Below, piece by piece: positions 57,931 to 64,000 of a stretch of 64,000 bases of DNA. Where the stretch lies: assembly GCA_965215505.1 (NCBI GenBank), contig OZ244065.1, forward strand, positions 128,001 to 192,000, written 5' to 3'. The notes under the pieces are model-generated. The model saw only the letters and a list, made by a program, of their open reading frames with translations, did no database searches and was not told where the DNA came from. The position numbers were made by a program, and so were the translations under genes. Position 1 is the first letter of the stretch, and each line of letters opens with the position of its first letter. This DNA is from Capsulimonadaceae bacterium (GTDB lineage: Bacteria > Armatimonadota > Armatimonadia > Armatimonadales > Capsulimonadaceae).

Positions 57931-59874
57931 TTAGCGCCCCCCCAGGGCGCGCGTGAGCTGCGCCAAAGAGGTCTGATAGTCGTACTGGGCGTTGAGCAGG
58001 TTCAGCCGCGCCTGCGCGAGCTGCGCCTGGGCGTTGATCTCGTCCAGGATCGTGCCGATGCCGTTCTGATAGCGGACTGTGGCGAGACGGTAGGCTTCCT
58101 GCGCCTGGGTCACGCCCAGCCCCGACGAGGCCGCCCGCGTCTGGGCGTCGTTGATGTTGGAGAGGGCCTGGCGCACCTCCACCGAGACGTTCTCGCGGAG
58201 CTGGTCCCGCGTGATCACCTGGGAGCGCAGGTCCGACTCGGCTTCCTTGACCTTCGCCTTCGTCGTGCCGCCGTCGTAGAGGGGGATGCCGAGGACGGCG
58301 GAGAGGCTGAAGGTGTCATGCGGGCCGCTGGCGACGTGGCCGTTGTAGTTGCCGCTGCCGACCACGCTGAGGGAGGGCAGGAGGCCGACGCCGGCCAGGC
58401 GGACGAGCCGCTGCGCGATGACGATGTTGTTGTCGGCCTGGCGCAGCTCGGGACGCCGCACCAGCGCCGTCTGCGTGAGCTGCGGGGTGCTGAAGGTCTG
58501 GGTCAAAGGCGGCGTCGCCGGGTTTTGCAGGGCGATAGGCACGTCCGGCCCCAGCCCCAGCAGGTTGTTGAGGTTGACCTGCGCCAGCGTGAGCGTGTTC
58601 CGGGCGGAGGACAGGAGCTGCTGGGCATTCGAGAGGGTCGTCTGGGCGGTCAGCAGGTCGAACTCGGCCGCCGCGCCAGCCGTGACGCGCGCCTGGGTGA
58701 CGCGCACGCTCTCCGTGTCCGCCGCCACCTGCTGCTCGTAGACGGTGACCTGGTCCTGGTCGCGCAGGACAGTGAAGAACTGATTCTTGACCGACAGGGC
58801 CGTCTCGTTCTGGGTACGGTCCAGGTCCGTGACATAGAAGTCGCGCGTGATGCGCTCGACGTCTTCGGCGACGGGAACGAGGCGGAAGATGTCAATGCCC
58901 TGCGTGACGCTGACGCGGGCACTCTGGTTGTTGTTGTACCCGGAGTTGCCCGTGTTGAACGAGCCGTTGCCCACCGGCTGCCCGGTCCCGGTCCCCGTGG
59001 TCGTCCCCGTCGTGTCGTCGCGCGGGGCAATCCTCGCGCCCGGCTGGCCTGCGCTCCTGCCCGTGGTCGCCGCGGCGAAGTGCTGCATGATAGGCGGGAG
59101 GTCGGCGGGAGCCGCGTCCGCGCTGCGGAGGTTTCCTGTAGCCCCGCCGATCCCCGCCGTCGGGCCGGTCGTGCCGAAAGTGCCGGTACTCGTCGTCCCG
59201 GTCGTTCCCGTTCCCGTTGTTCCCGTCCCCGTCGTCCCCCCGGCCCCGGAGGTGGAACTCGCGGGCGTCGTGGTGGCGCTCCCGGTGGCGCCGGTGCTGC
59301 CCGAGGACGTGCTGATGCCCGACGTCGAGGTGGAGCCGGCCCCGGTCGCCGTCCCGCCGCCGCCGCTGCTGGTGACGCCGGTGGCGTTCCCGCCGCCCGT
59401 GTCTATGATGACCGGGATCTGGCCGCCGCCGGGCAGCGTGCCGGTCGCATTGGTGCCGCCGGCCGCCGTCCCGTAGGTCTTGTTGCCGGAGTAAGTGTCC
59501 ACGACGTTGACGCTGATCTGCGGCAGCCCGCTGGCGTTCGCCTCGTAGATGAGCTGCTGCGCCTTCAGCACTTTCTCGCGGGAGAGCCGGACCGATGAGT
59601 TGTTGTTCAGGGCGATCGCGAGGACTTGATCCAGCGTCAGCGTCCGCACGGGCGCTGCCGGAGGGGCCGCCGGCGCGGCGGTATTGAGCGCAGCGGGATT
59701 GGACGCGGTGGCATTGGGCGCAGGGGGCGTTGGTGCTGCGGCGGGCGGTGTCGTTACGGGCGGTATGCCGGGGATCAGTGGCGCCTGTGCCACCACCGGC
59801 GAAGCCGAAAGTGCCAGGAGGCCGGCAGCGAAGCCGACCGCGTTGCATCGTTTGAGGTGTGTCCGTCGTTTCAA
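57931..59874 (-). CDS. TolC-family outer-membrane efflux protein with a long Thr/Gly-rich insert
   Basis: LTLDQVLAIAL.NN, RPEL, IPLYDGG, RYQNGIGT motifs. Confidence 0.9.
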   Translation of the reverse strand: MKRRTHLKRCNAVGFAAGLLALSASPVVAQAPLIPGIPPVTTPPAAAPTPPAPNATASNPAALNTAAPAAPPAAPVRTLTLDQVLAIALNNNSSVRLSREKVLKAQQLIYEANASGLPQISVNVVDTYSGNKTYGTAAGGTNATGTLPGGGQIPVIIDTGGGNATGVTSSGGGGTATGAGSTSTSGISTSSGSTGATGSATTTPASSTSGAGGTTGTGTTGTGTTGTTSTGTFGTTGPTAGIGGATGNLRSADAAPADLPPIMQHFAAATTGRSAGQPGARIAPRDDTTGTTTGTGTGQPVGNGSFNTGNSGYNNNQSARVSVTQGIDIFRLVPVAEDVERITRDFYVTDLDRTQNETALSVKNQFFTVLRDQDQVTVYEQQVAADTESVRVTQARVTAGAAAEFDLLTAQTTLSNAQQLLSSARNTLTLAQVNLNNLLGLGPDVPIALQNPATPPLTQTFSTPQLTQTALVRRPELRQADNNIVIAQRLVRLAGVGLLPSLSVVGSGNYNGHVASGPHDTFSLSAVLGIPLYDGGTTKAKVKEAESDLRSQVITRDQLRENVSVEVRQALSNINDAQTRAASSGLGVTQAQEAYRLATVRYQNGIGTILDEINAQAQLAQARLNLLNAQYDYQTSLAQLTRALGGR

Positions 59875-60152
59875 GAAGCCGCTTCCTCCGCCTTGATGTC
59901 GTTCTGTATCTCGCGCTCCAGGTGCTGCAAGTCGGAAAGCAGCGTCAGCATGAACTCGCGCATCGCGTCTATCTTCACGAGCATCAGCCCCTTCTCATGG
60001 GGGGCACCCATGATCAAGATCTTGTCACCGCTCTCGATGTTGTACTTCTTTCGTGCCTCCACCGGGATCACGATCTGCCCGCGCTCGCCGACCGTGGCCG
60101 CGCCGTAGAAGTGGTCTTTGAGGCAGAAATCTTTGTTATTCGAATTGCTCAC
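59871..60152 (-). CDS. AbrB/MazE/SpoVT-family DNA-binding protein
   Basis: FYGAATVGERGQIVIP.EARK...I.SGD. GTG start at 60152. Confidence 0.9.
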   Translation of the reverse strand: MSNSNNKDFCLKDHFYGAATVGERGQIVIPVEARKKYNIESGDKILIMGAPHEKGLMLVKIDAMREFMLTLLSDLQHLEREIQNDIKAEEAAS

Positions 60153-60235
60153 GGGTATTATCTCTCTTAAACATGAAGGTGGCATGAAGATCGGTCCTCA
60201 ATCATGTAAATCATACATTACATATTAATCAACCC

Positions 60236-60264
60236 ATTATACGGCTCGCCCGCGCGGATGTCAA
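60236..60264 (-). promoter_or_regulatory. Consensus sigma70 promoter of the abrB-tolC-MFP-RND operon
   Basis: TTGACA-N17-TATAAT overlapping the TetR stop codon. Confidence 0.85.
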
Positions 60265-60881
60265 GCGCCTGCACCCCGCCGCTCGACCGCCCGCAGCAGA
60301 AGTTCCACGATGCTATGAACCCGCTCCGGCACCAGATTTGGTATTTCCAGGTCTTCCTGCCGCAGATTTTTTGGCAAGAAAGCCTCCGTCGCCCCCAGCA
60401 TGGCGTTCGCCGTCTTCTCAGCATCCCCGACTTCAAAGTCACCGCGCTCCATGCCTTCCAGGAGCAGACCCTCCACGATCCGCGTTTCCTGCTCCCGCCA
60501 GAGTCTGCCCTGTTCTATCAAACCCTTCTGCCGCTCGATGGCATCTTTCAGTTCTGCCAGCGGATGTTTTTGCTGACTGAGAGGTTCGAAACGAATCAGT
60601 ATCCGCTGTGTGAGTACGTCACGAAGACGCGCCTCCACCGGCCCTGGTAAAGCAGCGATCCTCCGCTGCTCCTCGACGACCCGCAGATTCGCGCGCGTCA
60701 CCACGGCCAGCGCCACCTCGGCTTTGCCGGGGAAATGCAGGTAGGTCGTGCCGACTCCGATGCCAGCCTCTTCAGCCAGATCGCTCATCGTCATCTTGCC
60801 GTAGCCATAGCGCGTCAGCAGGCGCTCGGCGGCGTCCAGAATGGTTTCACGAACCTCTTGTTTTGTGGTCTCTCTTAACAA
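60261..60881 (-). CDS. TetR-family transcriptional regulator
   Basis: RETILDAAERL..RYGY.KMTM.DLA.EAGIG.GT.YLHF.GK. Likely TTG start at 60881. Confidence 0.93.
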   Translation of the reverse strand: MLRETTKQEVRETILDAAERLLTRYGYGKMTMSDLAEEAGIGVGTTYLHFPGKAEVALAVVTRANLRVVEEQRRIAALPGPVEARLRDVLTQRILIRFEPLSQQKHPLAELKDAIERQKGLIEQGRLWREQETRIVEGLLLEGMERGDFEVGDAEKTANAMLGATEAFLPKNLRQEDLEIPNLVPERVHSIVELLLRAVERRGAGA

Positions 60882-60893
60882 ATCATCCTGAAC

Positions 60894-60949
60894 ACTGAAT
60901 GTTTCAGTAATATATTCATCATCATACCTAGCATTCAAGCCTGTGTCAA
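60894..60949 (-). promoter_or_regulatory. tetR promoter plus a downstream palindromic operator candidate
   Basis: TTGACA-N17-TATGAT (60921-60949); palindrome ACTGAA-TGT-TTCAGT at 60894-60908. Confidence 0.7.
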
Positions 60950-61037
60950 GGCCTATAGGAAATGGAAATGGGAAGTTTCGGGGAACTCCCTAAACCTGCG
61001 GCGAGTTACACTGGCGTACACGCAGGAGGACGCTCTC

Positions 61038-61832
61038 TTGTTCCGACATCTTCGCGAAGACATCCAGACGATTCTAGAGAAGGACCCCGCCGCCCGCTCG
61101 CTGGCGGAGGTGCTGACGTATGCCGGCTTCTGGGCGCTGTTCCATCACCGGATCGCCCACAGCCTGCACACGCGGGGCTGGTTCCTCCCCGCGCGTGTCG
61201 TTTCCCAGTGGAGCCGCTTCCTCACCAACATCGAGATCCACCCCGGCGCGACCATCGGGCGGCGCTTCTTCATCGACCACGGCGCGGGCGTCGTGATCGG
61301 CGAGACGGCCATCGTCGGCGACGACGTCCTGATGTACCATCAGGTGACGCTGGGGGGGACCTCGCTGGAGAAGACCAAGCGGCACCCGACGGTCTGCAAC
61401 AACGTCCTGCTCGGCATGGGGGCGAAGGTCCTGGGGAATATCACCGTAGGGGAGGGCGCGCGCATCGGCGCGAACGCCGTCGTGACCCGCGACGTGCCCC
61501 CGAACACCAGCGTCGTCGGCGTGCCGGGCCGCATTCTGGTCCAGGACGGCAAGCACATCTCGGAGCGCACGACCGCCCAGGTCATGGACCAGGCTCTGGG
61601 GAACGCCGACCCGATGGGCGAGATCATCCGCCGCTCCCTGCGCGAGATCGAGGACCTCAAGTGCCGCCTGGAATTGGTCGAAGAAGAGCAGCACCCCGAC
61701 CGCATCCTGCGCGCCCTGGACACGGTCTGGGACAAGATCCCCGAGAAGCCGCTTTCCGTCCTGTTCGACGAGATGTGCGCCGACCACTGGGAACCCTGCC
61801 CCGACGAGAACCTGGCCGGCGAAGGCATCTGA
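61038..61832 (+). CDS. cysE: Serine O-acetyltransferase
   Basis: DPAARS, IEIHPGATIG..FFIDHG.GVVIGET, VTLGGT, KRHPT. GGAGG SD with TTG start. Confidence 0.96.
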   Translation: MFRHLREDIQTILEKDPAARSLAEVLTYAGFWALFHHRIAHSLHTRGWFLPARVVSQWSRFLTNIEIHPGATIGRRFFIDHGAGVVIGETAIVGDDVLMYHQVTLGGTSLEKTKRHPTVCNNVLLGMGAKVLGNITVGEGARIGANAVVTRDVPPNTSVVGVPGRILVQDGKHISERTTAQVMDQALGNADPMGEIIRRSLREIEDLKCRLELVEEEQHPDRILRALDTVWDKIPEKPLSVLFDEMCADHWEPCPDENLAGEGI

Positions 61833-61845
61833 GGGATACACCCTA

Positions 61846-62754
61846 ATGCGTCTCCCGCGCGCCCTGCCGCCCGGCGGCACCATCGGCGTCGTCAACCCGT
61901 CTAGCCCCGTCGAAACGGAACTGCTCGATGCGGGCATCGCGGCCTTGGAGGCGCGCGGCTTCCGCGTCATCGTCGCGCCCCATGCCCGCGACCGCGACGG
62001 GCACCATGCCGGCTCGCCCGCGGCCCGTGCCGCCGACTTTTCCGACTTCTACGCCGCCCCGGCCATTGATGTCGTGTGGTGCGCGCGGGGCGGTTCCTCC
62101 GCCTGCCGCCTGTGGCCGCTGCTGGATTGGGACGCCCTCGCCGCCCTGCCGCCGAAGATGGTCATCGGCTATTCCGACACCACTTCCCTTCTCCTCCCCC
62201 TGAATCAGCGCATGGGCACGGTCGCCCTGCATGGGCCGCTCGTCTTCGAGCTGGACCGCCTCGCCCCCGATGTGCTGGACTGGCAGCTACGCCTGCTGCA
62301 AGACCCCGCGCCCGCCGGGCCGGTGCCGGGCGCAGCTGCGGACACGCTCGTCCCCGGCATCGCCGAAGGCGCGCTGTGCGGCGGATGCCTCTCGCTCATC
62401 GTCGCAACGCTGGGGACACCCTACCGGATAGACGCGGCGGGAAAGCTGCTGCTGATTGAAGACGTCGGGGAGGCACCGCACCGCATCGAAAGGATGCTGG
62501 CCCAACTGGCCGAGGCGGGCGTTCTGGGCGAGGCGGCCGGCTTCGTCGTCGGCCAGGCGACTGAGGCGGACGACGCGGAAACCCTGCCGCTTCGTCAGAT
62601 CTGGTCCGACCTCCTCGCCCCTTACGGCAAGCCCGCCGTGCTGGGCTTCCCCTCCGGCCACGTCACCCCCAATTACGCCCTCCCGCTCGGCGTCCGCGCC
62701 CGGCTGGACGCCGACGCGGGGACACTGACGCTGCTGGAATCGGCGGTCAGGTAG
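61846..62754 (+). CDS. ldcA: LD-carboxypeptidase (peptidase S66)
   Basis: ARGG, IGYSD.T, HGP, LIEDVGE, GH. Confidence 0.92.
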   Translation: MRLPRALPPGGTIGVVNPSSPVETELLDAGIAALEARGFRVIVAPHARDRDGHHAGSPAARAADFSDFYAAPAIDVVWCARGGSSACRLWPLLDWDALAALPPKMVIGYSDTTSLLLPLNQRMGTVALHGPLVFELDRLAPDVLDWQLRLLQDPAPAGPVPGAAADTLVPGIAEGALCGGCLSLIVATLGTPYRIDAAGKLLLIEDVGEAPHRIERMLAQLAEAGVLGEAAGFVVGQATEADDAETLPLRQIWSDLLAPYGKPAVLGFPSGHVTPNYALPLGVRARLDADAGTLTLLESAVR

Positions 62755-62768
62755 GTTAGGATGTTTTC

Positions 62769-63365
62769 ATGCCAGCGCTTGAAGTGCTAAACGATTGGGA
62801 TGCAATCTGGGACCGGATCGTCTCCGCCGTTGAGGCTGTGCGTGAGCGTCTACTGCGGGCAACACAGGCATTGGATAACGCAGGGGTCAGCTACGCCGTC
62901 ATCGGCGGCAACGCTGTCATGCTGTGGGTGGAACATCATGGCGAAGGCGGGGAGCGGAACACGCCGGATGTTGACCTGCTGGTTAGCCGCGCTGATCTGG
63001 CACGAGCCACGGCATCACTGGAGAGCGCCGGATTTGTTCCTGATGCCGTTCGGCCTGACCTATTCATTGACGGCCCGGACGGCAGCCCACGGACCCGTGT
63101 TCGCTTGTTCTTTGCCGGGGAGAAGGTGCGCGAGACGGAACTCCTGCCCAATCCGGCTCTCCCCTGTTCGGAACAAGTCGGGGGCTTCCAGGTGGTCCCG
63201 CTCGCCGCCCTCGTTCAGATGAAGCTCACGGCGTTCCGGACGATAGACAAGGTGCATCTACGCGACATGCTTGACGTTGAGTTAATCGATGAAACGTGGA
63301 AAGCCCGCTACCCGCCGGAACTGGCCGAGCGCCTGCAACTGCTGATCGACACGCCGGAAGGCTGA
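62769..63365 (+). CDS. Nucleotidyltransferase-fold protein (Pol-beta/MNT-like)
   Basis: YAVIGGNAV...RNTPDVDLLV, MKLTAFR..D.VHL.D. Confidence 0.8.
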   Translation: MPALEVLNDWDAIWDRIVSAVEAVRERLLRATQALDNAGVSYAVIGGNAVMLWVEHHGEGGERNTPDVDLLVSRADLARATASLESAGFVPDAVRPDLFIDGPDGSPRTRVRLFFAGEKVRETELLPNPALPCSEQVGGFQVVPLAALVQMKLTAFRTIDKVHLRDMLDVELIDETWKARYPPELAERLQLLIDTPEG

Positions 63366-63425
63366 ACAGGCACCGGCCATTCATGGCCGGTGGCTTTCTG
63401 AATGCGCCGGGTTAGTGTCAGGCAG

Positions 63426-63457
63426 AAACGCCCCGCCGAAACCTCGGCGGGGCGTTT
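63426..63457. terminator. Terminator-like hairpin between convergent genes
   Basis: AAACGCCCCGCCGA..TCGGCGGGGCGTTT. Confidence 0.65.
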
Positions 63458-63462
63458 ACCTG

Positions 63463-63855
63463 TCAGATCTGCCTGTGAACCAGCCGTATCTCGGTGATGC
63501 TGTTGACAGGGAAGTAGAGCTGCGCGCCCTTCACGCCCACGCGGAGCCAATCATCGTCAAAGGCTTGCAGTTCTCCGGTATCGCTGTAGGAGCCTTCGCC
63601 TGAACTGGAAGACACTGATACCGTGCGACCCAGCAGCGAAGGCAGCAGGCCCCCGGTGGCGGATTGCGCTGTCATGCCGCCGGCTATCTTGATAAGCCTG
63701 ATGTTGCAGGTAGGAATCAGCAAGGCACCGTCGCTGCCCGAAACCAGGTGTATCCATCTGCCGCTGATGTCCTGGAGGATGCCGGGTATGCCCGTGTCTG
63801 ATTTAGGCCAGACGGACACTTCCCGGCCTACCAGTTCCCGCAGCAAGTCGCTCAC
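63463..63855 (-). CDS. Hypothetical protein with two tandem Sm/LSm-like beta-barrel repeats
   Basis: Two ~60-aa repeats of L..L.GR.VSV....G.LQ.....W.......P...I..I. Confidence 0.6.
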   Translation of the reverse strand: MSDLLRELVGREVSVWPKSDTGIPGILQDISGRWIHLVSGSDGALLIPTCNIRLIKIAGGMTAQSATGGLLPSLLGRTVSVSSSSGEGSYSDTGELQAFDDDWLRVGVKGAQLYFPVNSITEIRLVHRQI

Positions 63856-63858
63856 CGG

Positions 63859-64000
63859 CTAATCCTTCGCCCAGAACATCGCGCCGGGCTGCTCCACGAT
63901 GACGGACGAAGTTAGAGTCTCCATCGCCTTCTTCAGCCCCTCGGTCGTGGACATCAGGCTGTCCTCGTGTTCGATGGAGAGGACGTCGTCGTAGCCGATC
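63859..64000 (-). CDS. C-terminus of a sugar-phosphate isomerase/epimerase (xylose-isomerase-like TIM barrel); 5' end is outside the window
   Basis: Manual translation: IGYDDVLSIEHEDSLMSTTEGLKKAMETLTSSVIVEQPGAMFWAKD*. Confidence 0.85.
   Translation of the reverse strand, partial: IGYDDVLSIEHEDSLMSTTEGLKKAMETLTSSVIVEQPGAMFWAKD

Overview
A GC-rich bacterial chromosomal segment, mostly housekeeping and metabolic genes. The lineage is probably Armatimonadota-like; this is inferred from the DUF1559/H-X9-DG-type domains and a diderm TolC/RND system, and is not verified. In order, the window holds: an ArnT/GT2/YdjC envelope-modification trio; an atypical kinase; a BMP-type ABC importer; mtaB-hinT; tandem glutamine synthetases (GSI glnA and GSIII), each with a structured 5' leader; TPR-nadK-recN; two paralogous beta-propeller/H-X9-DG fusion proteins next to a presenilin-like GxGD membrane protein and dusB; coaX; Met/His-rich secreted proteins; an amidase; enolase; an extended L-arabinose operon; a GH2/AraC sugar locus; a lower-GC patch with a Tat-exported MBL hydrolase and a 298-bp Tn3-type MITE; nadC and birA; an AbrB-TolC-MFP-RND efflux operon with TetR; cysE and an LD-carboxypeptidase. 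Several REP/REPIN-like palindromes are present, one inserted in frame inside an ABC ATPase. No rRNA, tRNA or CRISPR array was seen. All calls come from motif recognition by eye; no database searches were run.
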